A stretch of 64,000 nucleotides of DNA from Octopus sinensis. Lineage: Eukaryota. The notes under the pieces were generated by a model. That model searched no databases. It saw nothing but the letters and a program-made list of their open reading frames with translations, and was not told the origin of the DNA. Positions within the stretch are counted from its first letter, which is position 1; each line of letters starts with the position of its first letter. This document shows positions 25,486 to 38,488 of this stretch, in pieces. The translations under genes were made by a program, and so were the position numbers. The stretch spans positions 13,950,001 to 14,014,000 of the forward strand of contig NC_043017.1 of NCBI RefSeq assembly GCF_006345805.1, in the 5' to 3' direction.

Positions 25486-25686
25486 TCTCTATCATTATAT
25501 ATAGTTTAGACTTTAATTTCCTTTATATTTAACATTCACTATTAATATCCCTACTCTTTCTGTTAGCTACTTATGACGTTATATCAAATAACGTTTTTTT
25601 AAACAATATTAATAGCGTTCTGTCTATCGCTATACGAATCCATCATTTTTTGCTAAAATGTCATATTGACAAGTTTCGTTTTTTCC

Positions 25687-25771
25687 CTTTCCCGAAGAGA
25701 AGATTGCATTGTTTATACCTTTTATTCTTTTGAATAAGTATCAGTGGAATTTTTGAAACATATGTAGAAAG
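25687..25771 (+). ncRNA. Decayed hammerhead ribozyme with long helix II in the Penelope pseudo-LTR
   Basis: CTTTC-CCGAAGA-GAAGATT..AATTTTT-GAA-ACAT/ATGT-A-GAAAG; U4C and C11.1T substitutions; ~200 bp after the GIY-YIG stop codon. Confidence 0.55.
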
Positions 25772-25813
25772 AAAAAATACTTGTTTAAACCTGCGTTAAC
25801 TCCATTTTTTATT

Positions 25814-25856
<43 letters not shown>

Positions 25857-25894
25857 CAATAATAAATCTCTAAACGAGATGTAGACTGCTTGAC

Positions 25895-26152
25895 AACGTA
25901 AAGTATATTAGCCATCTCAATATGGCTAACCACTAAGGGTGGGTGTTACTGTAGCTTTTAGCCCCAGGAGATCATCATCTCCAGTTGGCTTTAGGCACAC
26001 TTTTTGTGCACTTATGGTATTTTCAAATACCATAAGGGCACAGAAAGTGTGCCTAAAGCCAACTGGAGACGATGATCTCCTAGGGCTAAAAGCTACAGTA
26101 ACACCCACCCTTAGTGGTTAGCCATATTGAGACGGCTAGTATACTTTACGTT
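25895..26152. repeat. 258-bp near-perfect foldback palindrome (MITE-like)
   Basis: Arms AACGTAAAGTATA..TTATGGTATT / AATACCATAA..TATACTTTACGTT with a 2-nt loop and few mismatches; mirror-image ORFs in the track. Confidence 0.9.
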
Positions 26153-26161
26153 ATATATATA

Positions 26162-27388
26162 TCTATATATATAAAAGGCAGTTTGTCTGTCTGTGTGTCT
26201 GTCAGGTTGTACCCTCACCCACCCTGACCACGGCTTTCAACTAATTTTGATGAATCTTGACACACACATAACCCAATTTCATAATTCAAAACTAACGCAG
26301 CGAAAATTTTGAAAAGTTCCCCCAGTTCTGAAAAAAAATCGATAAATTCGACATGGGGTCGAGAATCTAAGCTTATCATATGCAACACATTTTCCGTTGT
26401 AGTTTTTGCAACTTGCAATCAATTTTCACCAAACTCATGGTGAAGCTTAATGTTACCCTAAGGAACTTAATTCTGACGTTAGTTTTCCATGCAATACCTT
26501 ACCATCAGAAAAAATCGATAAAATCAGGCCATTTTGGGAAATCACGTTCAAATTCAAGATGACATATTTTCGACAATATCTTTAACAAATTGGCAGGAAT
26601 TTTTTTTGAAATTCACAGAGAGCATCATGTCTGCTCCAAGGAGCTATATGGCCCTTTTGATTCCAATAGGATACGTTATTACTGAAAAAAATCGGTTAAT
26701 TACATCATATGTGGCACACATAGCAAACCGATTTTTCTGCGATATTTTTTGAAAGTTCACATAGATTTTCCCTACACCGATGTTGGACATCAAGTTGGCA
26801 TTAAATGTCCTTTTGTAAATGCAGTTAACAAGTATTGGGATAAATTGACAAAACCATATCACTTTGAGACCGACCATGCGAACCCTACAAAACTGACTTT
26901 TGTTAAATACTTGGCGGATTTCAGGCACACATGCGCCTTCGTTCCCTAGAGGGAAAGGACTAGATCGGGATTAGTCGTTGCCTACTAGAGGCTCCCGAGC
27001 CCCCTTTCACTAGACTTAAGTTAGGATTAGGTAGGGCTTAGCTGTGGTCCGAACCTAACTTGGGTTCGGGGGTGGTGGTGTCAAAAAGGCCAGCATGTAC
27101 AACCTTATCACCTCTGCCGGTCAAACTCCCAACCCATGCGTTCCCGTCGCGACACTGATCCCGCAGAACTGGGTTGGGTGTGCTAAACAAAACCAGAAAA
27201 TGCACTTTGACTTTCATAGATTTTCTTCATGCATGCAAGGGAACGGTGCCTTGAATGCCTTAATGCCTTTTAGGCTTCATTTTACAAAATAACGGTTCAG
27301 TGAGTACAAAAAAGGGTAAAAAGGTAAAGGACATTGCTTATTGACAAAGTTTCTTACATACCCGGGCAACGCCGGGCTATGCTGCTAG
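26162..27388 (+). mobile_element. Non-autonomous Helitron (1227 bp) with internal cargo
   Basis: A|TCTATATATATAAAAGGCAG..(GTCT)n; 3' CCCGGGCAACGCCGGG hairpin then CTAG|T. Confidence 0.85.
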
Positions 27389-27475
<87 letters not shown>

Positions 27476-27571
27476 GTATGTATGTTTCTCAATAATATAA
27501 TGTAGTAAACTAGTGTAACTTGGATGAAACAGTACCCATAAGAGGTTTATATATCCTATAGTGACGAACAT

Positions 27572-27643
<72 letters not shown>

Positions 27644-27899
27644 GGTTTGGAGGTGATGTACAGGTATTATATATTAGAAGAAATGAGGTACTCAGAAATC
27701 TGGATGGTTTTATATTTACAGATTTTTTTTAATATGGCACATGTTTTTATAAATCATAGATTAGCGCTTGCATCTACTCTAGTAGACTCTTCATATTTGA
27801 ATGTGTTTGAGATGATTCCTCTCTTTTTATAGTATTATTGTGTGTATGGTGGTGGAGAGAGATATAGGATAGTAAAAGAGGGTGAGGAATGGGGAGAAA

Positions 27900-28381
27900 G
27901 TGAGAGAGAGAGTGTGTGTTTGTGTGTGTGTGTATGTGTGTGTGTCTGTGTATCTGAAAGGAGTGTCAATGGAAAAGAGAAGGGAAGAAAGAAGGAAGAG
28001 AGAAGGAAGAAAAAATTTGTTTACATCTTTACAGCTGGTCAGTTCTTTCAATAGAAATGGCCTTTAAAAATGGTAAAACCAGGTGGCTACTCTGAGCAGG
28101 GTCTTGATAAAAGTTATTTTTCAAAAAATTGTCTGGATTTATTATCATCCTCATCATCATTGTCCGGTGAGAGAGAGAGAGTGTGTGTGTGTGTGTGTGT
28201 GTGCGTGTGTGTGCTTGTGTATCTGAAAGAAGTATCAATGGAAAAGAGAAGGGAAGAAAGAAGAAAAAATGTGTTTACATCTATACAGCTGTTCATTTCT
28301 TTCAATAGAAAATGACAAGTTGGTTAATAAAAGTTATTTTTCAAAAAATTGTCTGGATTTATTATCATCATCATCATCATC
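27900..28381. repeat. Imperfect tandem duplication (~260-bp unit)
   Basis: gtatctgaaag..aatggaaaagagaagggaagaaag..tttacatct and ataaaagttattttttcaaaaaattgtctggatttattatcatc each occur twice. Confidence 0.8.
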
Positions 28382-28637
28382 CTAGTCCAATGTTTGATTC
28401 CTCATGCTGGTATGGGTTGGAAATCTAGATGTAAGATTGTTTCTATTTATGTATATGTACATATGTATAGTACTGTGTGTGTGTGTGTTTAATACAAAAT
28501 TACAGTTTACTTTATAAAATTGGTTCTTCATCCAGTACAAATCATTACAGAAGTAATGATTTTTCACAAGTCACAGCTATACATATATACACAAACATAT
28601 ATATATATATATATATATACATACGTACAAACATATA

Positions 28638-28704
<67 letters not shown>

Positions 28705-28829
28705 TTCAAGAGGAATGAAGATAAGGAACAATTCTTTACAAAAATGAAGATATTAGGGAAAGTGTCCTGTGAAGGAGTTCCATGAAACAGATATGCATAC
28801 AATTTCTTGTACACTGAGAGGACATTATT

Positions 28830-29330
28830 ATACAGACTAAGCTAATAGTTCTTGATGGGTTTATAGGGAAGTTGCTGTGCTTTTCATATTTTCAGCCATT
28901 CAGTTTGGGGGAGAACTTTGTTATGAAGTATTATTCCATATATTTTCTGAAGAAGGTGTCATTCCTTGGGCATTTATAGAAGGGAAGGATCTTAAATTTT
29001 TCTTCTCCACATATTTCTAAGTGTTTACTCAGTGGAATGTTTCGCACTTCCTCCTGTCGGACATGTTGTCAGTGAATTCTGGCTCATTGGCATAAAGAAT
29101 TTCCAGTTTTGCCTATATAATTCTCCTTGCATGTGGGACAGATTATGCAGTATATTACGTTCTGCGTCTTGCTATTCATGTCTGCATTTACTTTGAATGT
29201 GTGATCACTCATAAATTTTATTTGTTTGTTTCCCTCTATATATTTGTAGATGGGGTTACTGCAGATCCCACATCTACCATCTCCATACTCTTAAATGGAT
29301 TATCTACCAAAATTTTCAGAGAAAGTGATC
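28830..29330 (-). mobile_element. Penelope GIY-YIG remnant
   Basis: Minus strand: FKVNADMNSKTQNVIYCIICPTCKENYIGKTG..RIH..PLSKHLEICG. Confidence 0.85.
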
Positions 29331-29340
29331 CTGGAGTAAG

Positions 29341-29929
29341 CGACATGAGCCACCCTTAGCCACCCGAAAAGTGGGTCTTCACCCTAAAAATGTCTTACTT
29401 TGTGTTTGGTGGGATTGGAAAGGAATTCTGTACTATGAGCTTCTTCCAAGTAACCAGACAATTAATTCTGAGAAATACTGCACACAACTGGACGAGTTAA
29501 AAGCAATTCAAGAGAAACGTCCAGAATTGGCCAACAGGAAGGGTTTTCTTTTCCAACATGATAATGCAAGACCGCATGTTTCTTTGAGAACCAGACAAAA
29601 ATTGCTGCAGCTCGGCTGGGATGTGTTACCCCACCCTCCATATTCACCAGATATTGCTCCTTCGGATTTCCACTTATTCAGGTTTCTGCAGAATAGTCTT
29701 AATGGTAAAAATTTCAATTCCTTGGATGACGTAAAAAGATACCTTGATGAATTCTTTGTGATGAAACCACCTCAATTCTGGGAAGAGGGTATTTTCAAGT
29801 TAAAGGAAAGATGGAGACACATTGTGCAACAAAATGGTTGATATTTGGTTGATTAAAAATGTAATGGCAAGTATTTATTGACCTTTTTCTTTCCTTTAAA
29901 AATTGGCACGAACTTTCTGGAAAACCTAA
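29341..29929 (+). mobile_element. Mariner transposon 3' half with right TIR
   Basis: GLHPKNVLLCVWWDWKG..HDNARPH..HPPYSPDIAPSDFHLF; ends ..GAAAACCTAA|TA. Confidence 0.95.
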
Positions 29930-30799
29930 TATATATATATAATGTAACTATGTATGTATGTATATATATTTTATTAATGTATAGCAGAAGTTACAGAGTA
30001 ACTCAAGGTCTGAGTTTCGTGCATTGAGTGGGGATGTATGTATGTATGTATATATGTAGGTAGGTAGGTAGGTATCTTCTGATGAGGATAACATGATTTC
30101 AGCTCCCAGAAATATTCATCTACGATGTTATTGGTTTTATTACATTACAGATATTATGATGCCAGTTGTAGCTCATTCGAAACAACTGTTAAGACATCAT
30201 TCCTTTTTTAATATACAAATATACAATCCATGTTAGGGATACACTCACTATACCAACTTGTGTTTATTTGCTTCTTTAGTTCAATATCCGTTTGACGAAG
30301 AGTGTGCTTATAACTGACTTTCTACACTGGAGTCAACTACCCTGAATGAAGGAACAGGAACTTCAATTTTCATTTACCTGAACATCGCTTGGTGAATATC
30401 TTTACCATGTTTGCTTTAGCATTCTTCAAAACTCTCCCTTACTATTCTCTCTCCCCCTCTCTCTCTTTGTTTTTACGCATGTGCACATACATATATGTCT
30501 GTCTGTGTGTATGTATGTGTGTACGGATGTATGTATGCATGCATAAAGGCATAAAGTAAAGATATATACTTGAGGTAAAGACTACAGCATTATAGGTAAC
30601 ATCTGGTAAGACTATATTATAAAATATATTTAAATGTATATTTACAGGTGTCTAGTACAATGATAAATTATTACTAATAAAACAGCTGTTAACCTCTACA
30701 ACTATTATGATGATGAAGCAAAACTACAAAAAAGATCCGAAAGCAAAATACACGAGGGCTGAAAAAGCAACATGCAATTCAATGCTGCAAAAATTCAAA

Positions 30800-31437
30800 A
30801 ATTCTCTGCCATTGTCTTATAAACTGTGTAATCAGAATACACAGGACCAGGGAGTATTACAATCTCACTCTAAAACTCAGTGCATGATCTGGGAATCCAC
30901 AACAATGCTTCATCGAGTGGCTAGTTGGATTCGGGGATCTTTCAGAGGAAGAACAAAAGGGGTACCATATGTGTTCTGTTGGAAAAAATTTGTCCCTTGT
31001 CATCTGAACTACTGCTATTAATTATGATCACTACAAAGCATCAAATTAACAGTGAGGTTAGACACAATCCAATGCTCTTCCAGTGCAAGAGATAAGCTGA
31101 TGAGACTTACTGGGTGATAGTAAAAGAACTAAGATGCATTGATATGCATATACACATACATACGTACACACATACATACATATTTTCATGCATATATACA
31201 TACACACATACATATATACATTTTGATGAACCTACAGCTACTCTATCCAGATCGCATTGTCAGGTTTATACCTGTAATTATCAGGGCACAGGGATATGTA
31301 ACACACTACCTAAATACCAATCTTGAGAAATTAGGCTTCTCAAAACTAGAAGGGAGAAAGCTGATTCGAAGACTACAGATCCGAGCCATCACTGGAACAG
31401 TAAAAATCTGGAAATCTTTTCAGAAGTTTATGAATTA
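30800..31437 (+). mobile_element. Decayed RLE-type (R2/R4/NeSL superfamily) LINE 3' end interrupted by a microsatellite
   Basis: FIPVIIRAQG..LEKLGF..LIRRLQIRAITGTVKIWKSFQKF resembles an RLE C-terminus. Confidence 0.55.
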
Positions 31438-31441
31438 AGTA

Positions 31442-32685
31442 TTGGGTTGTACCATAAATAATGCGTTTTCTTCATTCTTCTTTTATTTTTTACGATTAAG
31501 ATGAACAAAGTTCTTTTTTAATCTAAAATATACTCCCCTTCATTTCCTACAATGCTCTTCCATCTATCTGATAGACTTGCGAGGCCTCTCTTCCAAAATT
31601 CCTTTGTCCAGGACGAAAAATACTCCTCCAGTACTGTTCTGACTTCATGTACAGAATTCATAATTTTTCCATTGAAATGATTTTGAAGACTGCGGAAAAA
31701 ATGTCTAGCGAATATGGTGGGTGGGGCATTGTTTCCCATTCAAACTGCTCCAGCCTTTGGAATGTCATCCTCGCTGTATGTGGCCCATCATTATTCTGAT
31801 GGAGGAACACCTTTCATCTTGAAACCAAAGATGGTTGTTTTTCTTCTAACACTGACTGAAGCTGCTCGCAGTAGATCTCCTTTGTTATCGTTGGTTTGGG
31901 TTTACAAGTTCAAAGTGGACTAAACCTTTCATATCCCACCAAACAGATAACAACACCTTACGTAGGTGAAGTTCTTTAGCCTAAGCTGCTGGTGTTTCTC
32001 TTTTCCCTATCCACTGTTTTCGATACTTGACATATTTATAGAACCTATTTCTTGTTACCAGTCACTATTCAGTCCGAAAAAGGTTCATTTGTGAGATGTA
32101 ACAGCAAAGAAGAGCACTCATTCACTCTCTGGGCACGATTAAACTTGGAGAGTTTGTGAGGAACCCATTAACCCAATTTTCTGACTTTTCCGATGACCCA
32201 CAGGTGTTGTTAAATTTTTGAATGACCAACTCCAAGCTTCTGTGCTAATTTCTCAACAGTTACAATGGGATTTTGTTCCACCAGGGTTTGCAGGACATCA
32301 TCGTTGAGCTCTACAGATCTTCCAGGATGAAGCTCATCTTCTAGGCTGTAGTTTCCAGCTCAGAATTTCTGGAACCACCATTGATACCGGCTTATTGCCC
32401 AATCCCCATATACTGCATTGATATTTCTCACATTTTCCATTGCGTTGTTGCCTTTTTGAAGTCATAAAACAAAATATGACGAATATACTCCTGTCATTTC
32501 CATTATAACTTTGAAAAAATAACCATTAAAATTGAACTTCCCTCTTCAAAACATGCACTAAGAATAAGCACAAGGTAAAATTACTACCTGCTTTTATAGC
32601 AGGTTCATGCAGGGAGTTTATGCCATCCCCTCCGACTTTTAGTTAATGCAATTGAAAAAAACACATTATTTATGGGATGACCCCA
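31442..32685 (-). mobile_element. Full-length (1244 bp) decayed mariner with both TIRs and TA TSDs
   Basis: TIRs ttgggttgtaccataaataatgcg / tggggtcatcccataaataatgtg; WFQKF..LEDE..GR, WVPHKL, IVTG, VWWDMKG, HPPYS, LSDRWKSIV..GEY; many stops. Confidence 0.9.
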
Positions 32686-33008
32686 TATATATGAGCATGT
32701 CTAGACATGTAACTATATGCATAAGGATACAAACATAAAACAAAACATACAAATCTACACATATACATACAAACATTCAAAAATGCCCTGTTGATGTTGC
32801 TGAAGTTCCAATGAAGGAGCCTTGGATCTAGGTTAGAAATCGGCTCTTTTCTATTGGCAAGAAATATTGTAATAGATCTGAATAATGATATACATACAAA
32901 TGTACATACACACACACACATATAAGAGAGAGCAGGAGGGAGAGATACATAGCTAGCTAGAAAGATAGATAAATAGATGATAGATAGGTAGGTAGGTACA
33001 TAGGTAGC

Positions 33009-33040
<32 letters not shown>

Positions 33041-33241
33041 AATATTAATTAGAGACAAAGAAAGACTTAATCCAATACATAAAAAATTTTTATATAAATT
33101 AAATAAAATTAAATAAAATTAAATTCGCCAATTTAAGTGGCGAATTTAATTTTATTTAATTTATATAAAATTTTTTATGTATTGGATTAAGTCTTTCTTT
33201 GTTTGATTTGCATAATAGTGGTTTTGTCTCTAATTAATATT
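33041..33241. repeat. Nested inverted repeat (foldback) between (TA)n tracts, probably Penelope-end derived
   Basis: ~70-bp arms CAAAGAAAGACTTAATCC..TTCGCCA / TGGCGAA..GGATTAAGTCTTTCTTTG plus an outer 19-bp pair. Confidence 0.8.
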
Positions 33242-33360
33242 ATATAATATTTTACTATAAAATTGGATTCAATCCTAAATCTGATTTTTCCCTGTAAATT
33301 TGGATTTATTCCCTAATTTTTATTATATATATATTATATATATATTTATTCCCTAATTTT

Positions 33361-33411
<51 letters not shown>

Positions 33412-33994
33412 TAGTTAGACACACAGACAGACAGCTAGCTAGCTAGATAGATAGATAAGACCCCAGAAGATCTGATTCCCAACTTTGGAACTGAAAGCTG
33501 TATGAATTGCTGAAATGAATACCACTGCTTAGTACAAAAGGTTGTATCTTCTCCATCCTGTATAAGAACCAATCTTGTAGTAGTTTAGAGATGAAGAGTT
33601 CACAGCTTTTCAATAACTCGCCAAATGACTTCTGAGATCTATGATGCGTAGATGTGAATATATTAAAAAAAGAAAAGAAATTTCTACCCAAAATACTATA
33701 TCAACTCACAGAAAAGAAAGAAACACAAATAAGAGAAGCATTATTCAACAGGCTCATACACCAAAATCAAAGATAAAGAGGGCTGTGGAAATGTAATGAT
33801 ATAAATTAATAATCATACCAATAATGATACCCAAAACAGTAATAAAAGAGAAAATATGTGTGTGCATGTATATATATATATATACATACATACATTTATA
33901 TATATATATATATATAATATATATATATATATATTCATAAATGTGAATGTTTCAATTTTATTGTATGTTGTTATTTCACCAAGTCACAAATTTA

Positions 33995-34202
33995 TTTCAA
34001 ATTCTGGCACAAAGCTAGCAACTTTGGAATAGAAGTCGAATGCATCGGCCAAAGTACTCAACTGGTACTTTATTTTATCGATTTCAGAAGGGTGTAAGCT
34101 AAAGACAACATCAGATGAATTTGAAGACAGTGCGTAAAGACAGACGAAATGTGACTAAGCATTTTGACCAGTGTGTTAATGATTCTGACAGCTTACCGCC
34201 TT
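33995..34202 (-). mobile_element. Second tRNA-derived SINE family (degenerate copy)
   Basis: Minus strand AAGGCGGTAAGCTGTCAGAATC head; gtactcaactggtacttta body; related copy at 52030-52180. Confidence 0.7.
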
Positions 34203-34879
34203 ACGTAACCTATAAAATATTAGACATCATTCTATCAAATTACCATTGACCATCTGCAATCATTTATTTATCTCCATCTACTAATTAACATTCCACAATT
34301 TAAAAAAATGGAAGAACAATTTAGATCAGTCTACAATTTACCTCTAGGTTGACATTAATAATCTTCGTCCCCATTGATCTATTTATCAACTTTCAAGTAT
34401 ATCAAAAGTCCAATATTTGAAGTTTCTTTATTTTTACAACAGACTATGGATAGCATTATCGTTTTTGCTTCCCTTTCCTTTCTTTTTCTTACAATTCTGT
34501 TCATCTTTTAAATTTAAAATTTGCTGTTTCTTTTCAGCTATAATAGTTTTCTATCCTTGGCATTAACTCCCTAGTTTTTGAAGTTGGGGTTATATTTCTT
34601 CATAATGGGTTTTAAGATGTCTTTGAATCTCCTCTATTGACCAGCTCTGTTACATTTGTCTTGATTAATCTCAGAGTAGATTTCCTTAGGCGAACATTCG
34701 TCTTTCATTCAAACAGACAACATTGATAATTCTAGATGATGAACACTTCAATGTTTGTTGTTTTTGTTGTATTCTGTGTGCTAAAGTTGTTTCTTTTTTT
34801 TTCTGTTTCCCCAACTGCTACTTATATTTCAAAAACACAGTTGATGAAACTTTTAGGTGGTGGTTCATTTTTCGCCTGT

Positions 34880-35440
34880 ATATTGTTCAGGCAACCCATA
34901 TATACTGGACGCTGGTTATCCCACTGTTCTTTAAACTAACATTAAAGATATAACAATTTTTTGCTTTGGGACATCAAAAACTTTCGGTATATTTCAAACG
35001 ATTGCATCTCACGACCAAGAGGGGTATTGGACAAGACGTCTCTTCCAAGATACAGAATGGGGTCCATTTTTACCAGAGATGCTTTAACATGATCAATTAA
35101 TTGTTCTGTCTAGTATTTTGTTAAATGATGTGAGTCTTTTTGAAGTTGATGCTTAGTCCAAGTTTCCTATAAGCAACGTTGAAGGTATTCAGGACCTGTT
35201 GTAAAGTGAGGTCTGAGGAAGCCCAAAAAGTGTCTGGAAACCAACAAGATTAAATTGTCCATTACTTGCTCTGTAGACAATTTTGATTAGTGAGGGTGGG
35301 TTGCAAGGAAGACGATGAACAGTGCTGGGGCAATGACACATCCTTGTTTTTTTCCTATCAATTTCATCTGCAACAGTTCACAGTTGCTACAGCTGACCTT
35401 GATTAGGTGGTAAACATATCTTCGTGGGTAGGGAATAATG
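34880..35440 (-). mobile_element. Old RTE-like LINE RT remnant
   Basis: GKKQGCVIAPALF resembles GVKQGC.LAP.LF; downstream degenerate RT motifs. Confidence 0.55.
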
Positions 35441-35508
35441 AACTTGAGGACATAGGATGATCTCAGTTGGAAAATTTTTAAATGTAGAACCCCTGGAGCA
35501 GAGTTAAC

Positions 35509-36470
<962 letters not shown>

Positions 36471-37539
36471 AGTTAGTAAATTTCTAAGTCATATACATCC
36501 ATATGGAGATAATACGTAAATATGTGTGTGTTTTGTCAGGATTGACTTTAGTATAAAGTTACAAATAACAGAAATTTACTCGGCTCTGAGGGTTGAGTAA
36601 AATATGTTGTATTTACTGGATTCACTAGGACTTTAAAGTTTGCTTCTTGTAACTTACTCAAACAATGGTCAAAACAGGAAAATTAAAAACAAGAAAGCAT
36701 TTTCTTAATATGCAAGGGATTCAGATGCTGTAAATTTTTCATTTAGCTCATTTGTGTGTATGTGTGTGTGTGCATCTTTTCCTTACTTTATTGAATTCTT
36801 CAGATAGATAGATAGATAGATATGTTTCTTTATTAGCCACACAGGGCTGCACACAGACAGAACAAATTACAAGGTAGAGCTTTTCTTTTGGGGGTAAAAA
36901 AAAAAAGGGGGGTTGGTTTTCGATCAAAAGGGATCGTAAAAGGAAAGAAAGAGGACTAAAAAAGGGGAGGATTTTTAAAAAAAAGGGGGGGGAGAAAAGG
37001 GGAGAGGAAAAAAAGTTGATCAATAGGGATCGTAATCACAGAAATGTCAATATGAAGTGTAAAGAGGAGGACAGGTGAGGTTTACCCGTGGAAAGAAAAG
37101 CCTACGGAAAAGACCACAGTAACCTCGGTCAATGAAGTCACATGTTATATTTCTTTTAGATAGATAGATAGATACATACATACATACATACATAGATGTT
37201 TGTTAGATAAATGTTGTTGGTATTATGTAGTTTGTGATTATATGTTCTTGGCTATAATTTCGCTATAAATTTGGTGTTTCTCGTTAATTTTGAATGAAAA
37301 CTTCGCATCCACTGCAAAGATAACCTCTACGATATTACATAATTTTTGTTTTCAGTCCCAAAGAATTATGTCAGGTCTCTAATATTTACATTTTGTGGAA
37401 GTTTTGGCTGGAGTTAATTACCAATATTCCTTATGTTTGGGTACTTGAATATGTTCTATATAAGAAATATTTCTATATTTGTAACTATATGTACACACAT
37501 ACACGCGCGCACACCTTTGCCAAATCACTCTTACCTCCC

Positions 37540-37720
37540 TTGCCCCCTATTATTTCAATCAATTCCTTCTCTCCGGTCAGTCTCACATGTAGTAACCGTT
37601 AATTCAGATGCATTTTTCTCTCCTTATTCCTTTCTGTAAAAGAGCATCGGCCTGAAACATTGAAAATTTCTTTCATGTTTCATAAACATTAAACTAATAC
37701 ACTTTGTTTGCTCTATTCTT
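37540..37720 (+). mobile_element. Penelope-like pseudo-LTR fragment with a degenerate HHR motif
   Basis: CTTT-CTGTAAA-A-GAGC-ATCG-GCCT-GAAAC at 37630-37665, same family as 4035-4070. Confidence 0.45.
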
Positions 37721-37880
37721 TTTTGTACTTTTTTTATTATACATACATGCATACATACATAAATAAAAATATTATTATTAATAAATAAAAATTATATAAG
37801 TGGCTATTAAGCATAAAACCAAAAAGGTAAATCTATGAGTTTATAATTAAGGGTTTATAATTAAGATTTGTTAGAAATAT

Positions 37881-38435
37881 GAGTCAAAAAGTACACAAAT
37901 AAGCCACAATATCACTTAAAGTTTAACATGCAAATGAAATCAAGGAGCGAGTAAAAGGTCAACCTTACCATCGCAGGAGAAAAATGTAAATGAATTTGCA
38001 GATATACCCACAACACATGATTTCAACTCGTATTTCCAGCAACGTTTATATTATCCAGTACCCTTAATTATGATAATAATTATAATTATAAATTTTATTT
38101 TTTAGCCTTTATGCCTGCTAGCCACTTATATTACTATTTATTGATAATAATATCTATTTATGTATACACTTCTATTGTTTGAATTTGGAGCTAGTGTTTC
38201 AACGATTTTAATGAGCATGACAAAGCGGGTGTTAATTTAACCCCTGACAGCAAGACCTACTGATGAGGAGTAGGAGTATTATCTCAGGGTTTGAAATCAT
38301 GTGATATGGGTATATCTGTAAATTCCTTTGCGTTTTTCCCCTGCAATGATAGGTTGACTTTTTACTAGCTCCTCAATTTCATCAGTATGTTAAATTTTAA
38401 GTGATATTGTAGCTTATTTGAGTATTTTTCGACTC
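37881..38435. mobile_element. Old foldback/MITE-like element with ~150-bp inverted arms (roughly 80% identical)
   Basis: 37881-38030 is the reverse complement of ~38285-38435 (gagtcaaaaagtacacaaataagccacaatatcactt / aagtgatattgtagcttatttgagtatttttcgactc). Confidence 0.75.
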
Positions 38436-38488
38436 TTATTACTAGCAACGCTGGTACTATCCGGTACCCTTAATTATAATTATAATTA

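Noticed and set aside
28946-28975. CTGAAGAAGG hammerhead-like start; also CTGATGAGG at 30078
   Set aside because: No closing helix II plus GAAA and no helix I/III partners
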